From Candidatus Woesearchaeota archaeon (GTDB taxonomy: Archaea; Nanobdellota; Nanobdellia; Pacearchaeales; GW2011-AR1): a stretch of DNA of 64,000 nt. The number at the start of each line of letters is the position of its first letter. Position 1 is the stretch's first letter. The position numbers were made by a program, and so were the translations under genes. A model generated the notes under the pieces. That model ran no database searches and was not told the origin of the DNA. It saw only the letters and a program-made list of their open reading frames with translations. Below, in pieces: positions 38,455 to 48,616 of the stretch. Where the stretch lies: the NCBI GenBank assembly GCA_964557325.1, contig CAZKZO010000001.1, positions 1,159 to 65,158 of the forward strand. Direction: 5' to 3'.

Positions 38455-39384
38455 ATGGGATTATTAGATGAAGTTGCTGCCTTGAAAAATAAAGGATTTT
38501 CTGAACAACAAATAATCAACAAACTCCAGGAAAGTGGAAATTCGCCTAAAGAAATTAAAGATGCTTTAGGAAGAGCACAAATAAAAAATGCTGTTTCAAG
38601 CCAAGACAATAAAACCCAAGAACTTGAAGCTTCTATAATGACTCAAGACCCTCAAAAACAAAAAACAAAAAAACAAAACAAACAAACTCAACAACAAAAA
38701 CCTTATCCAGGAGAAGGAGAACTTCAACCTCCTGCTCCAATATCTAAAATAAAAAAGGAGAATTACATGCCATCTACACAAGAAATAAATCAAGGACAAC
38801 AAACACAAGAAATAGGAAACACTGAGCAAAACTATCAAGAAAGCGGACAAGCACAACAAGCACAACAAGAAAGCCCTCAACAAACACAAGATTATCAAGG
38901 ATATGAAGAATATGCTTCTCAAATACCTTCTCCAAACCAAGAATATTATCCTCAAGAACAATATGATACAGGATATGGATATGATTATGCAAGTATGACT
39001 GACACAGATACTATGATTGAAATTGCAGAACAAGTATTTACTGAAAAAATGAAAAAAACATTAAAACAAGTAGATGAGCTTACAGAATTTAAAACACTTG
39101 CTGAATCAAAAATAGAAAATATTTCTGATCGATTAAAAAGAATAGAATCGCAAATAGACAATCTGCAAATCACTATTCTTGAAAAAATAGGATCTTATGG
39201 AAGAGGAATTGATACTGTTAAAAAAGAAATGAAAATGGTTGAAGATTCGTTTGAAAAAGTAATGTCTGGTTTAAGTGCAGAAAAAACCCATAAAAAATCC
39301 AAAAAAACTACAAAAAGAAAATCAAAATCAAAAAAATCTCATTCTAAATCAAAGAAAAAGAAATCTAAGAAAAGTAAAAAATAA
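38455..39384 (+). CDS. Hypothetical protein (helical N-domain, Gln-rich linker, coiled coil, Lys/Ser tail)
   Basis: Composition of translation. Confidence 0.72.
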   Translation: MGLLDEVAALKNKGFSEQQIINKLQESGNSPKEIKDALGRAQIKNAVSSQDNKTQELEASIMTQDPQKQKTKKQNKQTQQQKPYPGEGELQPPAPISKIKKENYMPSTQEINQGQQTQEIGNTEQNYQESGQAQQAQQESPQQTQDYQGYEEYASQIPSPNQEYYPQEQYDTGYGYDYASMTDTDTMIEIAEQVFTEKMKKTLKQVDELTEFKTLAESKIENISDRLKRIESQIDNLQITILEKIGSYGRGIDTVKKEMKMVEDSFEKVMSGLSAEKTHKKSKKTTKRKSKSKKSHSKSKKKKSKKSKK

Positions 39385-39385
39385 A

Positions 39386-39952
39386 TCATTCGTTACTATA
39401 TAAAATAGGACGATAATCAGGTAATCCTGTTTTCTCTTTTCCTGCTCCAATAATTGCACCTATAATTGCAAGAAAAATAATACTTCCCACAATATAAGGA
39501 GAATACATCCATAAAAAACCAGAATAACTACCATAACCTAAAAAACTAAATGTTTGGTAAATCACAACTATAAGAATAATAACTGCACCTCCTAATAAAA
39601 CATAGTTAATTCCTTTATGTTTTGGGTCTAAAAACAATCCAAATAAAATTAATATCACTAATAATACAGCCAATCCTACTCCTAACCTAGGGAATATTTC
39701 TGAGAAAAATATAGGAACAAAATCAAACTGCAAAGATAAAAGTGAAACAGATAAAGCAATTATTCCATTAATCACTCTATTTTCTTTGAATAATTTAACT
39801 TGCATTAAAACCCCAAATACAATTGCAAAAATAAGAAGAAACGGAAGAATATAACTAAATACTCCTAACTGTTCCCAGACTGCAAGAACATTTCCAAACA
39901 CACCTCCAGAATACCCTCCAAAATATCCGCTTGAAGCTAACATAATATCCAT
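39386..39952 (-). CDS. Hypothetical membrane protein
   Basis: ILPFLLIFAIVFGVL; similar to the next gene. Confidence 0.72.
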   Translation of the reverse strand: MDIMLASSGYFGGYSGGVFGNVLAVWEQLGVFSYILPFLLIFAIVFGVLMQVKLFKENRVINGIIALSVSLLSLQFDFVPIFFSEIFPRLGVGLAVLLVILILFGLFLDPKHKGINYVLLGGAVIILIVVIYQTFSFLGYGSYSGFLWMYSPYIVGSIIFLAIIGAIIGAGKEKTGLPDYRPILYSNE

Positions 39953-39988
39953 ATTAATTAACAAGAACAAATATTTATAAATTTATGG

Positions 39989-40483
39989 TTAATTTCCACT
40001 CTTACCTTTTGTTAAAACTAATGCAAGAGCAATAATTATTACAGCAATAAATAATGCATTTATCCAAAATTCAGTAGTTAATCTTTCAATAATAGGGTCA
40101 AAAATACTCCAACCAACCCCTGCAGAATAAATAATAACTACTAATACAGCAATTATTGCAACAGCACCAATAAACCATTTTAATCCACTGCTTTCAATTT
40201 TTAAATCACTACCTGTAGCAAAACCCCATATCATCAAAACCACAAAAAGCATAACTAATGCAATTGTTAAAAACAAAATAAGATTTTCAACAGCTAATTT
40301 TGGAAAAACAGCCCCTACAAAAATCAAACCAATAACCAAAGAAACAAGTGCATTTAATTGCTTGCTATCATCTCCAAAAACCTTTGTTTTTTCAAGTATT
40401 CCAAAAGTTATAAAAAATATAAGTAAAAAAGGGAATGCAAACTTTGTTAAAATCCAATGTTGTAATATTGTTTCAGTTGCCAT
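39989..40483 (-). CDS. Hypothetical membrane protein
   Basis: FPFLLIFFITFGILEKTKVFG. Confidence 0.72.
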   Translation of the reverse strand: MATETILQHWILTKFAFPFLLIFFITFGILEKTKVFGDDSKQLNALVSLVIGLIFVGAVFPKLAVENLILFLTIALVMLFVVLMIWGFATGSDLKIESSGLKWFIGAVAIIAVLVVIIYSAGVGWSIFDPIIERLTTEFWINALFIAVIIIALALVLTKGKSGN

Positions 40484-40491
40484 CTTAAATT

Positions 40492-40770
40492 TTAAACAAG
40501 ATCTTCAGGCATTTCGTCTAAATCAGAATCCTGGCTTGGTAAGGCAGATTTGTTTATAATAAAAATATCACTAATTGCCCTTACAAATTGATGAGGTATA
40601 ATCACTCCTCTTGCCCCTCCTATCAAAGACATAACACTTCCGCCTACTTTTATTCTCCAGCTATCAATCTTATTTTCCTGAAGATTTGCCTCTTCAACTT
40701 CTCCAAAAAAATCACCTGAATCAGTATAAACTTTAGTACCCATAACGTCTGTAACTTCTTTTATCCTCAT
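40492..40770 (-). CDS. PRC-barrel domain protein
   Basis: G.KVYTDSGDFFGEVEE ... IIPHQFVRAISDIFII. Confidence 0.85.
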   Translation of the reverse strand: MRIKEVTDVMGTKVYTDSGDFFGEVEEANLQENKIDSWRIKVGGSVMSLIGGARGVIIPHQFVRAISDIFIINKSALPSQDSDLDEMPEDLV

Positions 40771-40897
40771 GATTAAGAATTATCAACCCTTATTTAAATA
40801 CTTTTCCATACTCTTAAACATTTATTCTATAACATATGAAATTTCTCTATAAATCAAAGACACAAAAATTTATAAAAAATTCAACACTCTATGAACT

Positions 40898-41524
40898 ATG
40901 CTTAATAAAAAAGAAACAGCATTAGTTCTGATAATTGCTTTTATATTTGCAATCTCATTAAGTTTTTTGAAAGGAATTGATGTCTTTCTAAGTTTTTTAA
41001 TTATATCTTTATTAGTGCTAATAATTAATATTTTTGCTAAAAAAATAGCAGGATTTTACCTTGATTCTGAAGTAGAAATAGATGTATGGAAAATGAAAAG
41101 ATATGGTTTCAAGCCAGGTTCTCATTTTAAAAGAGGATTACCTGCAGGAGCATTATTCCCCTTACTTTCATCTGTACTTACATTTGGCAATTTTGTATGG
41201 CTTGCCTCTCTGATTTTTGAAGTAAAGCCAAAAATCTACAGAGCTGCAAAAAGACACACTCTTTACAAATTCTCAGAAATGACAGAAGAACACATTGGCT
41301 TAATAGCTACTGCAGGAATCACAGCAAATATACTCTTTGCAATATTAGGTTATTTAATAGGATTTTCTGATTTTGCAAAACTAAATATTTATTTTGCAAC
41401 ATTTAATCTTATACCTTTATCTAATCTTGATGGAAACAAAATATTCTTTGGAAACATTGTTACATGGAGCACACTTTCAATAATTGCGCTCATAGGATTA
41501 GGAGCTTCATTATTTTTGGTATGA
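40898..41524 (+). CDS. M50 (site-2 protease)-like membrane protein lacking HExxH
   Basis: IATAG...NI and FNLIPLSNLDG present; no HExxH. Confidence 0.7.
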   Translation: MLNKKETALVLIIAFIFAISLSFLKGIDVFLSFLIISLLVLIINIFAKKIAGFYLDSEVEIDVWKMKRYGFKPGSHFKRGLPAGALFPLLSSVLTFGNFVWLASLIFEVKPKIYRAAKRHTLYKFSEMTEEHIGLIATAGITANILFAILGYLIGFSDFAKLNIYFATFNLIPLSNLDGNKIFFGNIVTWSTLSIIALIGLGASLFLV

Positions 41525-41558
41525 AAAAACATTTAAACAAGACAATATAAGTAATAAT

Positions 41559-41765
41559 ATGGAGAAAAAAAGTTTTTTGAAGAAAAAGAAAATAACAGCA
41601 GTAATTTCAATATTTTCTTTAATAGCAGGATTTATGTTTTTAAATCAAGACATAACAGGAAATGTTATTTTAGAATCAAATCCCTCATTTAACCCTTTAA
41701 CACTAATAGGGCTTTTGCTTGTTTTCTGTTCAGCAATACTTGCATTATATTCTATAAAAAAGTAA
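41559..41765 (+). CDS. Small membrane protein
   Basis: TM-ITGNVI-TM. Confidence 0.6.
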   Translation: MEKKSFLKKKKITAVISIFSLIAGFMFLNQDITGNVILESNPSFNPLTLIGLLLVFCSAILALYSIKK

Positions 41766-41771
41766 ACACGC

Positions 41772-44700
41772 ATGGAATTTCTAGAGAAAATTACTCCAAG
41801 AGAGTATCAATATAAAATTTTTCAAACATGTAAGGAAAAGAATTGTTTAGTTGTGCTTCCGACAGGATTAGGAAAAACACTTATTGCGCTAATGCTTACA
41901 ATCAACAGACTTAAAAAATATCCTGAAGAAAAAATTCTCTTTCTTGCCCCAACCAAACCACTAACAGAACAACATTATTCTTATTTCAAAAAATATCTTC
42001 CAGAATTATTTGCAGGAACAGAAATATTTACAGGAACAGTGCCTGCAAAACAAAGAAAAAAACTTTGGCAAAAAGCAGATATTATTTTCTCAACACCTCA
42101 ATGCATTTCAAACGACTTAAAAAACAAACTGTATGATTTAAAAGAAGTTTCTCTATTAATAGAAGATGAAGCCCACAGGTGTATTAAAAATTACGCATAT
42201 AATTATGTTGCCCAACAATATAAACACCAGGCAAAAAACCAAAGAATAATAGGTTTGACAGCTTCTCCAGGAAATGATTATGCCAAAATAAATAACATTT
42301 GCAAAAACCTTTCTATTGAGGCTGTAGAGCTTAAAACCCGTAAAAGCCCTGATGTTAAAAAATATCTGCAAGAACTTGAATTTGAAAAAATAAATGTAAA
42401 ACTTCCTTCTGAATTTACAGAAATCCAGGTCACACTAAAAGAACTTTTCAATAAATATATTTCAGAACTTAAAAAAAGAAAACTTTTATGGGCACCCCCC
42501 AGCAAAACAGAACTTATAAAACTTCAGAAAAAACTTGCAAAAAACATTTCTATGGGAGGTAAAAACTATAATACCCTTTTAGGAATGAGTGCTTGTGCAC
42601 AGGCAATAAAAATACAACACGCATTAGAACTTTTAGAAACCCAAACCTTAACCAGTTTTAATAAATACATAAAAAACTTGTTTAAAAGAGCTGCAAAAAA
42701 AGAAAGTAAAGGAATTATAAGACTTGTTTCAAAACCAGAATTTAACTTTGTTTATATGAAATCTAATGAACTTCTTGAAAAAAATAAAGAACACCCTAAA
42801 CTTAAAGAATTGGTTTCTTTGATAGAAAAAGAAAAATCAAAAAATTCTGAGCCAAAAATAATTATATTTGCACAATACAGGGAAACTATTCAACTAATTT
42901 CTAAAAAAATAAATGAACTACCTGGATTAAAGGCAAAAGTTTTTGTAGGGCAAACAAAAAAATCAACTTCTTCAGGAGTAAGTGGCTTAAGCCAGGATGA
43001 ACAGAAAAAAATAATAAAAGAGTTTGCAGAAAAAAAGATAAATGTTCTTTGTTCAACATCCGTACATCCTAAAGAATACATAATCATAAAAAAAGGAGAT
43101 AAAATAGATTTAAGAAAAATTGGAATGTTTGTTGATTCTTTTTTAGAAAAAAATGAATTTTCAAAAAGAATATGTGGCTATGAAACATTGACTACTGACG
43201 GTAAAAAAATATATTTCGCACCAATAACCCATATTCACAAACATCTCTCAAAATTAAATTGTTCACAAGTAAGGCTTAGTTCAGGTCTCGACACTTTAAT
43301 AACTGAAGACCATAGTCTATTTAGTTTTGACAAAAAGAATAAATTTACTCCAAGTATCCCTAAATTAAACAAATTTGTAGCACTTTCTCTAAATTGCCCA
43401 AATATTGAAAATAAAGCAGAGATTGATATTTTTAAAGAAATTAAAAATAAAAACATTTCAAATTTATTTGGGTCTATTGAAGGATTAAATCAAGCAAAGA
43501 TGAGAAAATTGGAAACTGATCTAAAAATATTAAAAACAATTAAACAAAAAAAGAAGAGTATTACAGAAATAAAAAAATCATCAAAAAAAGCCTATTCAAC
43601 TGTGATAAATTGTGGGAACAGACTAAAAGAAAAAAGTTATTTAATAAAACGAAAAGAAAAGAAAAATTTCAAAACAAGTTTTTTAATAACTAAAAGAGGC
43701 ACTGAATATTTAGCTTTTTTAGAATGGTTTTTTAAAAATGTTTATTATAGAAAGGGGAAGTATAGATTTAAATTAAAAAAAATACCCAAAAAAGATTTTT
43801 CTAAATTTTTTAAATCACACTTAAATGTAAATTACGGAAAAGTAAGATCTCCACGAAAAATAACAGTCAATAAAGAGGTTGCAAAATTTTTAGGTTTCTA
43901 TGTTTCAGAAGGGCACGCGAGAAAAACGGAAAAAAAATCAGAGATTTTTCTAGCAGCAAGAAAGAAGAAAATGCAGGATCTGATGGAAAAATCAATTAGG
44001 GAAGGTTTAAAATTAAAAACAAGAAGAAGTAAAAATGGAGTTGCAATTGACGCTCAAATAGGTTATTATCTTATTAAAGATGTATTCAGAGCAGGGATAG
44101 GTTCTTACAATAAAGAAGTTCCAGAGATAATTTTTACTTCTCCGTCAAAAGTTAAATGGGCTTTTTTAGAGACCTATTTTCTTGGTGATGGATACTTTTC
44201 AAAAGACAAGATAGTTTTAACAACAGTAAGTAGAAAACTTATAACCGGAATTGTTCTATTGCTTAGGATGTTAGGAATACAACAAATAACGTTACATAAA
44301 CAAAAAAACATTTACAAACTGAATATATTTGAATCTCTTCCTTTTGCTAAAATCAAGAGAAAAAAAGAAAAAAGAAGGCGTTCATATTTCTCTCTCATTC
44401 CTAAAGCCCTAAAATCAAAAAGAATATTTGAAATTTACGAAAGCTACTTTAACTATAATAAAAATATTTCAAAAAAATGCAGGGAAATAGGAAAATGGGA
44501 TAATGATATTTGTTATGATTTTATAAAAAAAATAAAGAAATTAAAAAAACAACCTAAATTTGTTTATGATATATCTGTTAAAAAAACACAAAATTTTCTT
44601 GGAGGGACAGGATTATTTGTTCTCCACAATTCAATCGGTGAAGAAGGACTAGATATACCTGAAGTCAACACAGTAATATTTTATGAACCAATCCCTTCAG

Positions 44701-44897
44701 CTATAAGAGCAATTCAAAGAGCAGGAAGAACTGCAAGATTAAAAAAAGGAAAACTTGTAATATTAATAACAGAAAAAACAAGAGATGAAATTAATTTTTA
44801 TGTTTCTCGTGCAAAAGAGAAAAAAATGAAATCTGCAATAAAAAATATAAAGAAAAACCTTGGAAGTAAAAAAGATTTTCAAAAAAAATTAAAATGA
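41772..44897 (+). CDS. hef: Hef/ERCC4-related SF2 helicase with intein
   Basis: PREYQ, LPTGLGKT, DEAH, LTASPG, GEEGLDIP, QRAGRTAR. Confidence 0.92.
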   Translation: MEFLEKITPREYQYKIFQTCKEKNCLVVLPTGLGKTLIALMLTINRLKKYPEEKILFLAPTKPLTEQHYSYFKKYLPELFAGTEIFTGTVPAKQRKKLWQKADIIFSTPQCISNDLKNKLYDLKEVSLLIEDEAHRCIKNYAYNYVAQQYKHQAKNQRIIGLTASPGNDYAKINNICKNLSIEAVELKTRKSPDVKKYLQELEFEKINVKLPSEFTEIQVTLKELFNKYISELKKRKLLWAPPSKTELIKLQKKLAKNISMGGKNYNTLLGMSACAQAIKIQHALELLETQTLTSFNKYIKNLFKRAAKKESKGIIRLVSKPEFNFVYMKSNELLEKNKEHPKLKELVSLIEKEKSKNSEPKIIIFAQYRETIQLISKKINELPGLKAKVFVGQTKKSTSSGVSGLSQDEQKKIIKEFAEKKINVLCSTSVHPKEYIIIKKGDKIDLRKIGMFVDSFLEKNEFSKRICGYETLTTDGKKIYFAPITHIHKHLSKLNCSQVRLSSGLDTLITEDHSLFSFDKKNKFTPSIPKLNKFVALSLNCPNIENKAEIDIFKEIKNKNISNLFGSIEGLNQAKMRKLETDLKILKTIKQKKKSITEIKKSSKKAYSTVINCGNRLKEKSYLIKRKEKKNFKTSFLITKRGTEYLAFLEWFFKNVYYRKGKYRFKLKKIPKKDFSKFFKSHLNVNYGKVRSPRKITVNKEVAKFLGFYVSEGHARKTEKKSEIFLAARKKKMQDLMEKSIREGLKLKTRRSKNGVAIDAQIGYYLIKDVFRAGIGSYNKEVPEIIFTSPSKVKWAFLETYFLGDGYFSKDKIVLTTVSRKLITGIVLLLRMLGIQQITLHKQKNIYKLNIFESLPFAKIKRKKEKRRRSYFSLIPKALKSKRIFEIYESYFNYNKNISKKCREIGKWDNDICYDFIKKIKKLKKQPKFVYDISVKKTQNFLGGTGLFVLHNSIGEEGLDIPEVNTVIFYEPIPSAIRAIQRAGRTARLKKGKLVILITEKTRDEINFYVSRAKEKKMKSAIKNIKKNLGSKKDFQKKLK
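43059..44630 (+). mobile_element. Intein (524 aa, Ser1) with LAGLIDADG endonuclease in hef
   Basis: VLCST|SVHPKE ... ITEDHSLF ... GFYVSEG ... YFLGDG ... VYDISV ... VLHN|SIGEEG. Confidence 0.92.
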
Positions 44898-45613
44898 CTC
44901 CTTTTTTAGATATATTTTCCAAAACAAATAAAAAGAAATTACCTAAAAAAGAAAAAATTATAATTGATTATCAAGAAAGGAATTCCCTTGTAAGTGGAGA
45001 GCTTGAAAAGTTAGGATTAAAAACAGAATTTACAAGACTTAAAGTTGCAGATTACATGGTAAAAGGCATAGCTATTGAAAGGAAAACTGTTTCAGATTTT
45101 ATAAGTTCAATGATAAATAAAAGACTTATAAAACAACTTAAGGAACTTCAACAATATGAAAACAGACTTTTATTAATAGAAGGTATTGAAGAACAGGAAC
45201 TTTATTCAGAAGAATTTGCAAAAACAAAAACAGGAATCCATCCAAATGCAATAAGAGGTTTTCTTCTTTCAATATTATTAAATTATAAAACACCTATACT
45301 TTTTACAAAAGATTTTGCAGACACTGCCAGATTCATAAAAATCCTTTCAAAAAAACAAAAAAAAGAACTTCCCCTAAATATAAATAAAAAAACACTCAAC
45401 ACTCAAGAAAGAATTCAATTTATACTTGAAGGTTTTCCAGGAATAGGCCCTAAAACTGCAAGAAAACTCTTAAATGAATTCAAAACCCTACAAAATATAA
45501 TTAATGCTTCAGAAGAAGAATTAAAAGAAGTTGTTGGAAAAAAATCAGAGCCTCTAATAAAAATAATTAACTATAAATATAAAGAAAAACCAAGAAATCC
45601 AGAGAAAAAATAA
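44894..45613 (+). CDS. ERCC4/XPF nuclease with HhH domain
   Basis: ADY, IERKTVSDF, PGIGPKTA. Confidence 0.9.
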   Translation: MTPFLDIFSKTNKKKLPKKEKIIIDYQERNSLVSGELEKLGLKTEFTRLKVADYMVKGIAIERKTVSDFISSMINKRLIKQLKELQQYENRLLLIEGIEEQELYSEEFAKTKTGIHPNAIRGFLLSILLNYKTPILFTKDFADTARFIKILSKKQKKELPLNINKKTLNTQERIQFILEGFPGIGPKTARKLLNEFKTLQNIINASEEELKEVVGKKSEPLIKIINYKYKEKPRNPEKK

Positions 45614-45619
45614 AATTAA

Positions 45620-46195
45620 TTAAATTAATTTATATCTTTCAATAGCCCCATAAACAGGACCTTTTGGAAAAAGTTTTGACTTTTTAAGTTTAAATTCTTT
45701 AACTTTAAATTTAAGTTTAGGAAGTTTTATTTTCTTAAGCTCTCCAATAAACTTATTTTTATCATTTATCTTCTTTACCCTTGCAATAGTCAAATGACTC
45801 ATAAACCTTGTCTCTCTTGAAAAAATACCTTCAAGTTTCTCATCAACAGCTTTTTGAAGTTCGCCACAATTGCTTATATGTAACCAAACAATTATTTTTC
45901 TGTTAAAATGTCTTGATTTTGTATTGTCAAAAATACCTATTTTAGTTATTTCTGTTTCAAATTCTTTAAACATAATTTCTTTTAGTCTTCTTTTAACTTC
46001 AATTAAAATTTCTTTATCTATTTCTCCTAAAAACTTTAAAGTTAAATGTATGTTTTCTTGCTCAATAAATTTTCCTTTGAAAGCAGGAAGTTTTCTTTGT
46101 ATCTTTTTGATTTCAGAATGCAATTTTTTAGGCAAGTCTATTGAAACAAAAGCTCTTATTTTTTCATCTTTCTTTTTTTTTGTTTTCTTTATCAT
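45620..46195 (-). CDS. thpR: RNA 2',3'-cyclic phosphodiesterase (2H family)
   Basis: HLTLKFLG and HLTIAR. Confidence 0.92.
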   Translation of the reverse strand: MIKKTKKKKDEKIRAFVSIDLPKKLHSEIKKIQRKLPAFKGKFIEQENIHLTLKFLGEIDKEILIEVKRRLKEIMFKEFETEITKIGIFDNTKSRHFNRKIIVWLHISNCGELQKAVDEKLEGIFSRETRFMSHLTIARVKKINDKNKFIGELKKIKLPKLKFKVKEFKLKKSKLFPKGPVYGAIERYKLI

Positions 46196-46205
46196 TTTAA
46201 ATTAA

Positions 46206-47009
46206 TCAAATTAATTCAGCAAGTATTTTAGCTGCTAACTTAATGCTTAATTCAGGATTTTGTTTTTCAGGATTAAGTTCAACAATATCTATAGCTTTTA
46301 AAGTTTTGACTTTGTTCAATCTCTGCAAAAGATAAATTAACTGTCTGCTTGTCAATCCTCCTGGCTCTGGAAAAGCCACAGAAGGCATAAAACTTGGATC
46401 AAGCACACACAAATCAAGTGAAACATAAAGCTCTTTTCCATTTGCAAACTCCATGATTCCATCACAAGCATCTTCTAAATCAGAAATAATTGTGTTGATT
46501 GAAACTTTTTTTATTTTTTTCTCTTTTAAAAAATTAGATTCTTCTAAACTCAAACTCCTAGTACCAACCAAAAGAATATTTTCACCTGGAAAACCAGATT
46601 CAACTAATTCCCTTAGCCATGACAAATTATCTGCAAAACCTGTTTTTGATTTACGACAATTAGCATATGCATCAAAAACAATTAAACAAGGTTCTTTTTC
46701 TTCTTGTTTGCAATACTCTAAAAAAGCTCTTGTTAAAGAAAAACTAACACTTCCATCACCACCTAAAAAGATACTCTTGGACTTAATTTCAAAAATTTCA
46801 TAAGCATTTTCATAAATTAACTTATTTGTTAATTCAAGATTAGAATTATCTAAATGAATTTCTTCTAAATCCAAAGAATCTACACTAATTAACTTTCCAG
46901 ATTCATTACCTTGGATCTTTCTCAACTCAGAAATTATTTTATTTCCAGATTTTTCACAGCCTTTTGTCTTTCCAAATCCATTAATGCCTGGAACTTTTAC
47001 TATAAACAT
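46206..47009 (-). CDS. Arginase/agmatinase-family protein with lost metal ligands
   Basis: GGDGS, FDAYAN, SLDLCVLDPS, PEPGGL, DIVELNP. Confidence 0.8.
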   Translation of the reverse strand: MFIVKVPGINGFGKTKGCEKSGNKIISELRKIQGNESGKLISVDSLDLEEIHLDNSNLELTNKLIYENAYEIFEIKSKSIFLGGDGSVSFSLTRAFLEYCKQEEKEPCLIVFDAYANCRKSKTGFADNLSWLRELVESGFPGENILLVGTRSLSLEESNFLKEKKIKKVSINTIISDLEDACDGIMEFANGKELYVSLDLCVLDPSFMPSVAFPEPGGLTSRQLIYLLQRLNKVKTLKAIDIVELNPEKQNPELSIKLAAKILAELI

Positions 47010-47043
47010 AAAAATACCTAAGAAAGAGTATTTTTAAGGATTA

Positions 47044-48582
47044 CTAACATTTTTCAGAAAAAAGACATTTGAGCCAATCCATAACACCTTTAGGCATATC
47101 TTCAGGCTCTTCTCTAAAACTAGTTTCCTCTATAAAACCTTCAACACAAATACCATTTACACAATTATTATTAACACAAGGAGGACTTCCCAGCCAAGAA
47201 TTTACATTCCCATAAATATTACAATAAGATTCCTTAATACTCACAACTGTTTGAATGCCTTGTGAAGTATTCCAGCTATCTGTATGGCATTCATCTCCTA
47301 AAGAAGTATTTTCTAAAACATTTCTTTCCTCATCATAACCAATAGAAATTGCAACACCATAATTTTCAAAATCTCTTCCACCATTATCAGTTTCTTTGCA
47401 TTCATAAATAGGTAAACAAGTTCCATCTTCCTTAGCACCTTCAGGACACCTATACTCTTCAATGCCAATTGTTTTATCTTCTTTGCAATAAGTTTCAGAA
47501 ATTTTTCTTGAATCTATTTGTGTATCAGGAATTAAAGAAGGTGTTTGTATCGGAGATGTTGAAGAGGTTATTCCTCTTACATAATATTTTTTCCCACCAT
47601 CTGTATCATTACAATTTCCTTCAGACATACATATATTATTTGCACAAACAAATCCTGATGCACAATCTTCAGAAGTTTGGCATTGTCCTGTAGATTCAAT
47701 CCAAGAACTACATTGACTTAACTTAAGCCTATAATGTCTTTGTGTTCCTGAAAATCCTGTACTTGGAGCAGGAACTAAATTAGCACATAATTTATATTCT
47801 GAAAAAGGGTTTTGAGAAATATAATTTGAAATAAGTCGTTTTAATTCTTGTGCTTCTGTTTCATATTCAGGCCAATTCGCATTATCGCTATAAGTTATTA
47901 AAATATTATTTTCTCTAAGATAAACAGTAGTTGTAAAGGTCTTTGCTTCTGCAGAATCTGTATTTAAATCAAAAGATTCAACATTATTATTTGAAATGTC
48001 TTTATTATCTAAAATTGTTTTACCATAATTTAGAACATCTTTATTTGAACTAATAGCTCCTTCATCATCATACAAAAGAAGAAAGTCGTTTAAGTTTGTT
48101 GTACTCCCGCTTGTACAACTCTGACTTTCAACAGGCTTTCCTGTTGTAACACCACAAGAATTATTATCAGTACATGTTCTTGTTTGTTGTCCATTTACAC
48201 AATCTGTCCAATCATTACATTGCCAATCAGGAGTACAAGAATTATTAGTTTCATTACTTCCTCCTATATCTTCTTCACAAGCACCTTCACTACATCCATT
48301 AGGACAATCATAAAGTTCATAACTTCCAAGACCATCTTCTCCACATGCCCATTCTTTTACTTTTGAAGCTGTATAACAAGAATCAGGATAAATATAATTT
48401 TTTGAGTCAATAACATACCCATAATTAAAGTAATCCCAACCTCCATCAGAATCACTACATCCTGAAACAGAATGTCCTGTTATTTTATCCCATGTATTTG
48501 AAAAAAATCCTGCAGAAGCAAAAGACACAGACAATATTAAAAAGATAAATAAAAATAAAAATAATTTTCCTCTTCTTTTCAT
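47044..48582 (-). CDS. Secreted Cys-rich repeat protein
   Basis: Signal peptide; three C.[DE][ST]D.G repeats; W.C..W..C..G.QTRTC TSP1-like module. Confidence 0.75.
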   Translation of the reverse strand: MKRRGKLFLFLFIFLILSVSFASAGFFSNTWDKITGHSVSGCSDSDGGWDYFNYGYVIDSKNYIYPDSCYTASKVKEWACGEDGLGSYELYDCPNGCSEGACEEDIGGSNETNNSCTPDWQCNDWTDCVNGQQTRTCTDNNSCGVTTGKPVESQSCTSGSTTNLNDFLLLYDDEGAISSNKDVLNYGKTILDNKDISNNNVESFDLNTDSAEAKTFTTTVYLRENNILITYSDNANWPEYETEAQELKRLISNYISQNPFSEYKLCANLVPAPSTGFSGTQRHYRLKLSQCSSWIESTGQCQTSEDCASGFVCANNICMSEGNCNDTDGGKKYYVRGITSSTSPIQTPSLIPDTQIDSRKISETYCKEDKTIGIEEYRCPEGAKEDGTCLPIYECKETDNGGRDFENYGVAISIGYDEERNVLENTSLGDECHTDSWNTSQGIQTVVSIKESYCNIYGNVNSWLGSPPCVNNNCVNGICVEGFIEETSFREEPEDMPKGVMDWLKCLFSEKC

Positions 48583-48616
48583 GAGGTAATTAATAAAAAC
48601 TAGTTTAAAAATATTA

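Noticed and set aside
38641..38960. CAA-rich low-complexity DNA
   Set aside because: Encodes a Gln-rich disordered linker.
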